Origin: Alkalilimnicola ehrlichii MLHE-1
Lineage (GTDB): Bacteria > Pseudomonadota > Gammaproteobacteria > Nitrococcales > Halorhodospiraceae
Reading direction: 5' to 3'
Length of the DNA stretch: 32,000 nucleotides
NCBI RefSeq assembly: GCF_000014785.1
Contig: NC_008340.1
Location: forward strand, 300,001-332,000
Part shown: piece after piece, positions 1 to 7,185 of the stretch
How the letters are laid out: the number at the start of each line of letters is the position of its first letter
Numbering within the stretch: position 1 is the stretch's first letter
Translations under genes and position numbers: made by a program
Notes under the pieces: model-generated
What the model was told of the DNA's origin: nothing
What the model saw: the letters and a program-made list of their open reading frames with translations, nothing else
Database searches by the model: none

Positions 1-655
1 TCGGCACGGGTCAGGGTTTTCCACTGGCGGGCCTCGTCCCGGGCGTAGCCCGCGCGGTCGATCTCGGCCATGGCCTGGTAGCGCGGCAGGCGCGCGAGCA
101 GGTTCGCCGGCGGCTGCCAGAGCAGACGGCAGTGGTTGTGGCCGGCCAGTCCGGTGCCGGCGAAGGCCTCCAGTCGGGCATCGACGCCGTCGCGCTCCAC
201 GGGGGCGAGGCCGTTGACGGCGAGACGCCCCCCGGCGGTGTCGAGCCCGACGCCGCCGCCCAGCGCCACGGAGACGGCGGCATGGCCGTGGAGCACGGGC
301 TCGATGTGCAGGCAGTAGCGGCCGATGGAGCGGGCATCGGGGTGATCGGCATCAAGCCCGAAGGGGACGATGACCGGCTCCGCCTTGGAGGGGTCGGGCA
401 GCTGGATGGGCGCGAGGGCGATCTCGCCACGACCGAAATCGAAGGCGTGCTGGCCGCGCAATCGCAACACGACCGGCAAGCCGTGCTGCCCGCGGGCCAC
501 GGTGGCGGTGATGCCCAGCTCGTCGAAGGCAAGGCTGGGGGCCACGCTGACCGTCCGGCCGCCGGCGTTGCCCCCGGTGTCGATGCCGGCGGTGTCCTGG
601 TAGCGGGCGGTCAGGCCGATGCGGGCGCCGGTTCCGGGGGCCTCGGTCTCCGGCT
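1..655. repeat. Direct repeat copy A (partner 2676..3330, constant offset 2675 nt, no indels seen up to about 630)
   Basis: Aligned by eye: long runs are identical, e.g. ggtcagggttttccactggcgggcctcgtcccgggcgtagcccgcgcggtcgatctcggccatggcctggtagcgcggcaggcgcgcgagcaggttcgccggcggctgccagagcagacggcagtggttgtggccggccagtccggtgccggcgaaggcctccagtcgggcatcgacgccgtcgcgctccac. Scattered substitutions occur. Similarity decays right of about 630-700 and still holds at the left window edge. Confidence 0.9.
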
Positions 656-740
656 CGCTCTGCTCCTCCGACTCGGGCCGGCGGCAGCCCCGCCAGGAGC
701 GCCAACCAGTCAGGGTGGTGACCTGCCAAAACAGGAGCAT
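1..740 (-). CDS. 5'-truncated paralog of the central region of the 1100-aa protein (partial, runs off the left window edge)
   Basis: ATG at 740..738 lies 4 nt after the Sel1 gene stop. The frame stays open to position 1, so it has no stop in the window and is missing from the ORF track. My translation is MLLFWQVTTLTGWRSWRGCRRPESEEQSEPETEAPGTGARIGLTARYQDTAGIDTGGNAGGRTVSVAPSLAFDELGITATVARGQHGLPVVLRLRGQHAFDFGRGEIALAPIQLPDPSKAEPVIVPFGLDADHPDARSIGRYCLHIEPVLHGHAAVSVALGGG... It is collinear and in the same frame as about aa 597-815 of the 1817..5119 product. No obvious Shine-Dalgarno precedes the ATG. Confidence 0.55.
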   Translation of the reverse strand, partial: MLLFWQVTTLTGWRSWRGCRRPESEEQSEPETEAPGTGARIGLTARYQDTAGIDTGGNAGGRTVSVAPSLAFDELGITATVARGQHGLPVVLRLRGQHAFDFGRGEIALAPIQLPDPSKAEPVIVPFGLDADHPDARSIGRYCLHIEPVLHGHAAVSVALGGGVGLDTAGGRLAVNGLAPVERDGVDARLEAFAGTGLAGHNHCRLLWQPPANLLARLPRYQAMAEIDRAGYARDEARQWKTLTRA

Positions 741-744
741 TTCG

Positions 745-1758
745 CTACAGGCCGTACTTGGGCGGGAAGTAGGACAGTGGGGGCTCGCGGTTCAGCCAGT
801 CCTCGGCGAGTTCTTCGGCTTCGGCGATTTCTTCGTCGGATAGGCGCTCCCCGTATCGCTCCAGAAGGCTCTCGGCCGTGCTAGCTCGTGTTTCTTCATA
901 CAGCGCGTGCAATATGGCCCACCCTTTGACGGGATCGGGTTCGTCCGGGTAGCAGTAATCAATCAACTCCCCTGGGGCGAGGTGACAAAATCCGTAGGTA
1001 ATGCGCTTCCGAATATGCCCACGCTCCGAACCTTCAACGACCCAGTTCCACGCCGCTTCCATTTTTTCTTGCCGAATTAGATTCCCCACGAGGTTGTATA
1101 TGGCCGGGGCATAGCCCTGCTCGGCGGCCTTGCGGAACCAGGGCTCGGCGGCTTCGACGTCTTTCAGCTGCGGGGGCCATTCGCCGGAGCGTTCCTGGGT
1201 GATAGTTCCCAGCCAATCTTGGGCCTCCGGGTTTCCGGCCTCGGCGGCACGTTCCAGCCAGTCTAGGGCCGTGCGGGGTTCCCCGAGCATGTTGTAGACA
1301 TCAAATAGGGTCGACATGGCGATCGGGTCACCATGTTCGGCCTTGGGTAGTTCCTGCTCGAGAGCCTTGTCCACCCACGCTTCATATTTCTCGGGGCAAA
1401 TGTCAGCCAACTTGCAGATCATGCCGTGTTCGAGCCGGAGCATGGCATGGGGATCCCCGCCCTGCGCCGCGCGGTGGTACCAGTCGATGGCCTCGCGGGA
1501 CATGCCGCGATCCAGTAGCCGGTTCGCCTCGCCCAGGTAGTAGATGGCCTCGACATCACCGGCCCCGGCCGCTTCTTCCAGCGGCGGCTGCATGTCGATC
1601 CATTCATGCAGGCCCCACAGGCGCATTCCTTCTTCTTTAGCCTGTTGCTGCTCGGCATTGAGCTTCAGGGATGTTTTGTCTTCTCCATCGTTGGGTTGAG
1701 CCGTGCCGGCCCATAAGCCAACGATGAGGATGAACACTAGAATTTTTTTGCGGGGCAT
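745..1758 (-). CDS. Secreted Sel1-like repeat (SLR/TPR-family) protein, 337 aa; candidate immunity/partner protein
   Basis: The internal ATG at 1758 of track ORF 745..2169 gives MPRKKILVFILIVGLWAGTAQPNDG. That is a basic n-region, a hydrophobic core and an AxA-like site with no lipobox Cys. Repeated Sel1-type motifs are present (GDVEAIYYLGE...AIDWYHRAAQGGDPHAM; ALDWLERAAEAGNPEAQ; EPWFRKAAEQGYAPAIYNL). The longer 474-aa version would overlap the upstream gene by about 350 nt. Confidence 0.8.
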   Translation of the reverse strand: MPRKKILVFILIVGLWAGTAQPNDGEDKTSLKLNAEQQQAKEEGMRLWGLHEWIDMQPPLEEAAGAGDVEAIYYLGEANRLLDRGMSREAIDWYHRAAQGGDPHAMLRLEHGMICKLADICPEKYEAWVDKALEQELPKAEHGDPIAMSTLFDVYNMLGEPRTALDWLERAAEAGNPEAQDWLGTITQERSGEWPPQLKDVEAAEPWFRKAAEQGYAPAIYNLVGNLIRQEKMEAAWNWVVEGSERGHIRKRITYGFCHLAPGELIDYCYPDEPDPVKGWAILHALYEETRASTAESLLERYGERLSDEEIAEAEELAEDWLNREPPLSYFPPKYGL

Positions 1759-1816
1759 TGCCAAGACCTTTGTTAACCCTGAGCAAACTGGCTCTTGTCG
1801 CCGCACGCTTGCCTTT

Positions 1817-4800
1817 CTACTGAATGTGACGGGAAAGCCAGCCGGCATTCTGTCTGTATTTCCATTGACGGTCCTGTTGCTCCAGCTGTCCGCTGCCTGC
1901 TGACATGAAATTGTCCAGCCGCCCTCGGTTCTCGGCATACGCATCGGCCCTCGATTCGTCGGTAGGCTGTCCGTCTCGGGCCATGCGCACCACGGCCTTT
2001 TCAAACAGCTTCTGCGCCGGGTGCGGGTGCTCTGCGGAGAAGTCGCGTCGGGGGCCGTAGACGCCGGCCATGACGCCGGAGACGATCCATTGCAGGCAGT
2101 TGAGGATCGCCCGTTGGTGGAACACAAGAGCCTGTTCACGCCCGAACCGCTGTACTTGCTTCTGGCCATCCCGCTGAATCTCCACCTCGAACGCCTGCGG
2201 CCGACTGGTCAGGGTGTATAACAGCGGCCCCAGGGCCTCGGGCGGTAGCTGGCGCACCCAGGCGGCAATGGCGTCCCGTTGCGGGTCGTTGACGATGGTG
2301 TAGGCGATCCGGCTGGCCATGTCCCGGTCCCGGGTAAACCACTCGATCATCTGGCGCAGTCGGTGGGTGCCGCGCAGCAGGAGCAGGGCGGGTTCGACCA
2401 GGGTGATGGCGGCGAGATAGGCCAGGCGGCTCATCTCCTCGAAGGCGTCTTCGTCGATCCAGTCGACGCGCTCGTAGCCGACCTCCACCAGCGCCTGGTG
2501 CATCATGGCGAGCCAGAGGTCGAGGTGGCGGGGGTCAAGCGCCAGGCGCACGCTGCCCCCGCCGCCGACGCCGAGCACCAGGCGCAGGGAGGCGTGCAGC
2601 ACGAAGCGGCCGTTGTGCAGGCCGAGCCGGAAGGCGGCCTCGCCGCCGACGCCGACGCGCACCTCGGGGTTGATCTCGGCGGCGGTCAGGGTTTTCCACT
2701 GGCGGGCCTCGTCCCGGGCGTAGCCCGCGCGGTCGATCTCGGCCATGGCCTGGTAGCGCGGCAGGCGCGCGAGCAGGTTCGCCGGCGGCTGCCAGAGCAG
2801 ACGGCAGTGGTTGTGGCCGGCCAGTCCGGTGCCGGCGAAGGCCTCCAGTCGGGCATCGACGCCGTCGCGCTCCACGGGGGCGAGGCCGTTGACGGCGAGA
2901 CGGCCCCCGGCGGTGTCGAGCCCGACGCCGCCGCCCAGCGCCACGGACACGGCGGCATGGCCGTGGAGCACGGGCTCGATGTGCAGGCAGTAGCGGCCGA
3001 TGGAGCGGGCGTCCGGGTGATCCGCCTCCAGCCCGAACGGGACGATGACCGGCTCCGCCTTGGCGGGATCGGGCAGCTGGATGGGCGCGAGGGCGATCTC
3101 GCCACGGCCGAAGTCGAAGGCGTGCTGGCCGCGCAATCGCAACACGACCGGCGAGCCGTGCTGCCCGCGGGCCACGGTGGCGGTGATGCCCAGCTCGTCG
3201 AGAGCGAGGCTGGGGGCCACACTGACCGTCCGGCCGCCGGCGTTGCCCCCGGTGTCGATGCCGGCGGTGTCCTGGTAGCGGGCGGTCAGGCCGATGCGGG
3301 CGCCGTTTCCGGAAGCGGCTGTCTCCGGTTCGGCCTGCGCCACGGGTCCGGGCCGGCGCAGCCACAGGGGTGCCTCCCCGGACAGCGCCCGGTCGCGCCG
3401 GTCGGGCTCGGCGTATGCGCCGGCCAGCAGGCGCAGGAGCTGCGCCGGGCCACTGGCATCGAACAGGCGCATGGGGTGGTTGAGCGGGTCGGCGAACAGG
3501 ATCCGGCGCAGGCGCCGGCCCCACTCCTCCCGGGCGCTGTCGTCGGCAAGGCGGTCGATGACCAGGCCCTGGTGGTCGAGGTCGTGGAAGAAGCGTTCCG
3601 GCTCGAACAGCCCGAGCGGCTCGCTGTGCCAGTCGGGGTTCCAGTCGAGCCGCCGGCAGCCGCGTCGGGTGAGCCACCCGGTCAGTGCCGTGTCGGGCAG
3701 GGAGCGGGGCTCGGTGACCGTGCGGCTGTCGTGCGCGATGGCGGCATCGCGCTGGCGGGCGTAGTGGGGGCGGGTCTCGCCCAGCTGGTGCAGGCTCAGG
3801 TGATCGAGGGTGCGCTGCCGACCGGGGCCGCTGAACTCGCGCAGGGGGAAGTCGGCGCGCACCAGCCGGTGGATCGGGGGCGGGCGGTAGGGTTCGGGGT
3901 CGCGGATGTCGTCGGGGCCCAGGTCCCAGTGCAGGACGCGCCTCGGGCGCGTGCGGTCCACCCGGCGCCGGGCCGTGCGGTAGAGGCGGTCCATGCGCTC
4001 GCGCAGCCGGTCGAACCGCGCCTGCTCGTCGGTGAACAGGAAGATGGGCAGCGGGGTGGCCCGGCCCGTGCCCTGTTCCCACTCCCTGAGCCGCGTGTCC
4101 ACGTCCTCGCGCAAGGCGTCGAGTTCGTCCAGGGTCGCGAAGTAGCGGGCCACGTAGTCCACGCCGTCGGCGAAGCCGGCGTCCGGGTCCTCAGCCAGCG
4201 CCAGCTCGGGGGTGGCCACGCCCAGCCCGGCCAGCTCGATGAGACTGTCGATGTAGTGGCGGTAGTCCTGCTCCAGTTGCGGGATGTAGTGCTCGATCAC
4301 GGAGGCGATCTCGCAGCGTTCGACGGCCTCTGGTACCGGGTCCTGGTCGCAGAGCGCCACATGCCGGCGGTATTGCTCCAGGATCTTATGGAGCGGCCGC
4401 GTCGGTGGCAGGCCCTGACCCTGTTCCAGGTGGGACCGAGCACCCTGGAAAGCAAGCTCCCGCCGCCGGTGATAGCGCTGCAGCGCCTCGCGGATGCGCG
4501 CCTCGCTGTCGCCGTGGACCAGGGCGCTATCGACGACATAGCCGGCCTTCTCGGCCTTGTCCAGGCCGCGTTGATAAAGGGCCTGAAGTGCGTCGAGATG
4601 GTCGTTGCTCTCGTGGATGCGTGCCGGTTCCGGGCATTGGGTCGGTACGGCCGAAGGCATTGAATGGTCGCCGGACCAGGATTGCGAGGTGCTCACGCTG
4701 GTGGTGCCCTGGAAAGGCACGCCGTCCACCACCCGTTGCAGCAGCGTGTCCGGGGCCTCGTCCTGAAGGGCGGCGAGCTGCTGGAGGGTCTGCGCGAACC

Positions 4801-5119
4801 GTTGGCGGTCCGCTTCCCCCAGGAAACTGACCGGATGCGCGGGCAGGAAGCTGTCCAGCACGCCCGCCTCCTCGGACAGCCGCCGGTTGCGCTCGTCGCG
4901 GTCGTCCACGGCGGCGATGTCGGCCAGCTTGTCGGCCGCGTGGTGCATCGCGGCGGCGGCTGTGGCGTTGAGCAGCCAGAACTCGCCGGAGCCGGTGAGA
5001 TAGACGATGTCCGCCCACAGGAACGTTGCGCACAGGGGGCGCGGGTCTTCGTGGAAGAGGTCGTCGTCGCGGCCGCGCGGTCCCGCGGGCCAGACCTGGG
5101 GGGCGATGGAGTCGGTCAT
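1817..5119 (-). CDS. Large hypothetical protein, 1100 aa, no recognisable family; candidate effector/toxin
   Basis: Uninterrupted 3.3-kb ORF with strong GC3 bias in this frame. The 794-aa plus-strand ORF 2279..4663 has the G/V/A/Q/H-rich look of an antisense shadow. No N-terminal signal peptide (MTDSIAPQVWPAGPRGRDDDLFHEDP). The central part is Gly-rich with an alternating, beta-like pattern. The C-terminal part is helical-looking with hydrophobic stretches (LAYLAAITLVEPALLLL, AILNCLQWIVSGVMAGVYG). Confidence 0.85.
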   Translation of the reverse strand: MTDSIAPQVWPAGPRGRDDDLFHEDPRPLCATFLWADIVYLTGSGEFWLLNATAAAAMHHAADKLADIAAVDDRDERNRRLSEEAGVLDSFLPAHPVSFLGEADRQRFAQTLQQLAALQDEAPDTLLQRVVDGVPFQGTTSVSTSQSWSGDHSMPSAVPTQCPEPARIHESNDHLDALQALYQRGLDKAEKAGYVVDSALVHGDSEARIREALQRYHRRRELAFQGARSHLEQGQGLPPTRPLHKILEQYRRHVALCDQDPVPEAVERCEIASVIEHYIPQLEQDYRHYIDSLIELAGLGVATPELALAEDPDAGFADGVDYVARYFATLDELDALREDVDTRLREWEQGTGRATPLPIFLFTDEQARFDRLRERMDRLYRTARRRVDRTRPRRVLHWDLGPDDIRDPEPYRPPPIHRLVRADFPLREFSGPGRQRTLDHLSLHQLGETRPHYARQRDAAIAHDSRTVTEPRSLPDTALTGWLTRRGCRRLDWNPDWHSEPLGLFEPERFFHDLDHQGLVIDRLADDSAREEWGRRLRRILFADPLNHPMRLFDASGPAQLLRLLAGAYAEPDRRDRALSGEAPLWLRRPGPVAQAEPETAASGNGARIGLTARYQDTAGIDTGGNAGGRTVSVAPSLALDELGITATVARGQHGSPVVLRLRGQHAFDFGRGEIALAPIQLPDPAKAEPVIVPFGLEADHPDARSIGRYCLHIEPVLHGHAAVSVALGGGVGLDTAGGRLAVNGLAPVERDGVDARLEAFAGTGLAGHNHCRLLWQPPANLLARLPRYQAMAEIDRAGYARDEARQWKTLTAAEINPEVRVGVGGEAAFRLGLHNGRFVLHASLRLVLGVGGGGSVRLALDPRHLDLWLAMMHQALVEVGYERVDWIDEDAFEEMSRLAYLAAITLVEPALLLLRGTHRLRQMIEWFTRDRDMASRIAYTIVNDPQRDAIAAWVRQLPPEALGPLLYTLTSRPQAFEVEIQRDGQKQVQRFGREQALVFHQRAILNCLQWIVSGVMAGVYGPRRDFSAEHPHPAQKLFEKAVVRMARDGQPTDESRADAYAENRGRLDNFMSAGSGQLEQQDRQWKYRQNAGWLSRHIQ
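2676..3330. repeat. Direct repeat copy B (partner 1..655), inside the 1100-aa CDS
   Basis: See copy A. It corresponds to about aa 597-815 of the large protein. Confidence 0.9.
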
Positions 5120-5271
5120 GCACGGGGCTCCCGGGCCGCCTCGCGCAGGCGTCGCTGATGGTGCAGCAGCGTCAGCCAGTTGTGGGCATCGACGCGCAGG
5201 CCGATCCGAGTGGGTGGCGCCTCAGCGCCTGCGCGCGGCAGGGGAAAGTACAGTCCGTTGTCTTGTTGCAT
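5116..5271 (-). CDS. Possible 51-aa leader/partner ORF, translationally coupled (ATGA overlap) to the 1100-aa gene
   Basis: Below the track size cutoff. My translation is MQQDNGLYFPLPRAGAEAPPTRIGLRVDAHNWLTLLHHQRRLREAARPRA-like (ends ...EPRA). GGAG lies 5 nt upstream of the ATG at 5271. Its TGA stop (5118..5116) overlaps the ATG (5119..5117) of the large gene. About three quarters of its codons end in G/C. Confidence 0.3.
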   Translation of the reverse strand: MQQDNGLYFPLPRAGAEAPPTRIGLRVDAHNWLTLLHHQRRLREAAREPRA

Positions 5272-5307
5272 GCCGGCTCCGTGGCATAAGTCCATGATTC
5301 CGTCTGC

Positions 5308-5336
5308 AGTCTATGGGGCCCGCGTCCCTTCATCAA
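5308..5336 (-). promoter_or_regulatory. Candidate sigma70-type promoter for the leader ORF / 1100-aa gene
   Basis: The minus strand reads TTGATG (5336..5331), a 17-nt spacer, then TAGACT (5313..5308). It lies in the relatively AT-richer gap between the rsmA stop and the leader ORF. This is a pattern match only. Confidence 0.3.
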
Positions 5337-5373
5337 GTCGACGCATTGTGAGGATAAGAGGGCATGGGGCGGC

Positions 5374-6198
5374 TCAAGGAGTATCTCTGCTTGCGTTCCG
5401 TTTTGTTCTGGTGTGGGCCTGGCTCAGGGCGGCAAACTGCTCCAAGGACAGATTCTCGGCCCGTTCTCGGGGGTCAATTCCGACTCCGATAATGGTGTCA
5501 GCGGACATTAACGGGCGCAGGGTGTTGCGTAGGGTCTTGCGGCGCTGGGAGAAGGCCTGGGTCACCAGCCGGGCGAATGCCTGCTCGTCGCCTACGTCCA
5601 CCGTGGGTTCGGCGTGCGGCACCAGCCGGACGAAGGCGGAGTCCACCTTGGGCGGCGGGCGGAAGGCGCCCGGCGGTAGCCGGAACAGGTTGGTGACCGC
5701 GCAGCGGTACTGCACCATTACCGACAGCCGCCCGTAGGTCTTGCTGCCGGGCGGTGCGGCCAGCCGCTCCACCACCTCCTTCTGCAGGGTGAAGTGCATG
5801 TCCTGGATGACATCGGCGCTCTCCAGAAGGTGGAAGAGCAGCGGGGTGGAGATGTTATAGGGTAGATTGCCCACCACCCGCAGCCGTGCTGGCGGTGCTG
5901 GGGCCAGCTGGCGGAAGTCGAAGCGCAGGGCATCGGCCTGGTGCACGGTCAATTCACCGGCGGTGCGGGCCCGCGCCTGCAGCGGGGCCACCAGGTCGCG
6001 GTCCAGCTCCACGGCGGTCAGCCGCCCGGCGGCGCGCAGCAGCGGCAGGGTGAGTGCCCCCTCGCCGGGGCCGATCTCCACCAGGGGGTCGCCGGGCCGG
6101 GGGCGGATGGCCTTGACCATGCGGGAGATCAGTGTGGGATCGTGCAGAAAGTTCTGCCCGAAGCGCTTGCGGGGGCGGTGGCGGCGGTGGTTGTTCAT
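5374..6198 (-). CDS. rsmA: 16S rRNA (adenine1518/1519-N6)-dimethyltransferase
   Basis: 274 aa. N-terminus [28 protein letters not shown] and [14 protein letters not shown] motif, typical of KsgA/RsmA. Confidence 0.95.
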   Translation of the reverse strand: MNNHRRHRPRKRFGQNFLHDPTLISRMVKAIRPRPGDPLVEIGPGEGALTLPLLRAAGRLTAVELDRDLVAPLQARARTAGELTVHQADALRFDFRQLAPAPPARLRVVGNLPYNISTPLLFHLLESADVIQDMHFTLQKEVVERLAAPPGSKTYGRLSVMVQYRCAVTNLFRLPPGAFRPPPKVDSAFVRLVPHAEPTVDVGDEQAFARLVTQAFSQRRKTLRNTLRPLMSADTIIGVGIDPRERAENLSLEQFAALSQAHTRTKRNASRDTP

Positions 6199-6278
6199 GC
6201 CACGCAGTTTATCCGGCTGCGCCCGCTGCGGAAATGGGCGATGCTCGTATGCAACGTGGCAAGTCGGGAGACAGGCAG

Positions 6279-6920
6279 ATGATCAACACCACCGTGCGTC
6301 GGCTGGGCGGCACGTTCTTTAAGGGGTTGGCGGCAATCCTGCCCGCCGTGGTCACCGTTTATGTGTTGTGGTGGCTGGGCAGCACCGCCGAGGCCATCCT
6401 CGGCGGCCTCATCCAGTGGGTGTTGCCCACCAGCTTCTACATCCCCGGACTGGGTTTGATTGCGGGGGTCGGTCTGGTCTTCGCCCTGGGGGTGCTGCTC
6501 CAGGCCTACGTCTTTCGGCGCATCTGGGAGTGGGGCGAGGGGCTGATGACCCGCCTGCCGGTGATCAAGACCATCTACGGCGCGGTTCAGGACTTGATGG
6601 GCTTTTTCTCCGGCGACGCCACCCGCAAGATGCAGCAGGTGGTGGTGGTGGACCTGCCCGGCGTGCCCTTCCGCCTGCTCGGCATCGTCACCCGGGAGGA
6701 CTTCTCCCAATTGCCGGACGCGCTCGGCGGCGGGGACACCATCGCGGTCTATACCCCCATGAGCTACCAGATCGGGGGCTACACGCTGATGCTGCCCCGG
6801 GACTGCGTGCACCCCATCGATATGAGCGTGGAGGATGCCATGCGCTACGCGGTCACGGCCGGCATGTCGATAAAAAAACCCACGCCTGCTCCGGGCCCAT
6901 CACCCGGTGAGAATCATTGA
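6279..6920 (+). CDS. DUF502 family membrane protein
   Basis: Start chosen at the ATG 8 nt after GGGAG (6266..6270). Begins [33 protein letters not shown], has two hydrophobic helices, then [14 protein letters not shown], characteristic of DUF502. The start could instead be 6249. Confidence 0.8.
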   Translation: MINTTVRRLGGTFFKGLAAILPAVVTVYVLWWLGSTAEAILGGLIQWVLPTSFYIPGLGLIAGVGLVFALGVLLQAYVFRRIWEWGEGLMTRLPVIKTIYGAVQDLMGFFSGDATRKMQQVVVVDLPGVPFRLLGIVTREDFSQLPDALGGGDTIAVYTPMSYQIGGYTLMLPRDCVHPIDMSVEDAMRYAVTAGMSIKKPTPAPGPSPGENH

Positions 6921-7185
6921 CGGGTGCTGGCAAGACGGGTTTCGGGTAACTATGATGGTTTGCGGACCATAACGACGGGGTCATGCTGCGGCTCGGGAGC
7001 CCGGCCGGCATCACAATGAGAACAGCCGGTCTGGGTTTCGAGGCCTGGCCCCTAAACATAACGAAGCCGCCACCAGTCTCGGCTGACGCGGATACAGGGC
7101 CCAAAAGGCCCGGTATTTCGGGACCTCCGACTCCGGATCCCTGCCGCTGACGCCGCGCGCGTGGCTAAACCCAAGAGGTGAACCC

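Noticed and set aside
745-2169. Full 474-aa version of the Sel1-repeat ORF
   Set aside because: The first 137 codons overlap the 3' end of the large gene and encode junk-like sequence. The internal ATG at 1758 gives a textbook signal peptide right at the N-terminus.
2279-4663. 794-aa plus-strand ORF (plus several 100-500-aa ORFs on both strands) inside the large minus-strand gene
   Set aside because: It is antisense to the 1100-aa ORF, which has the GC3-rich frame. The products are low-complexity, G/A/V/Q/H/R/P-rich, typical of shadow ORFs in high-GC DNA.
1-5336. Mobile-element hallmarks around the island (transposase, integrase, terminal inverted repeats)
   Set aside because: None could be recognised in any frame within the window. 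The only repeat is the intragenic direct repeat described above, so no mobile_element feature is called.
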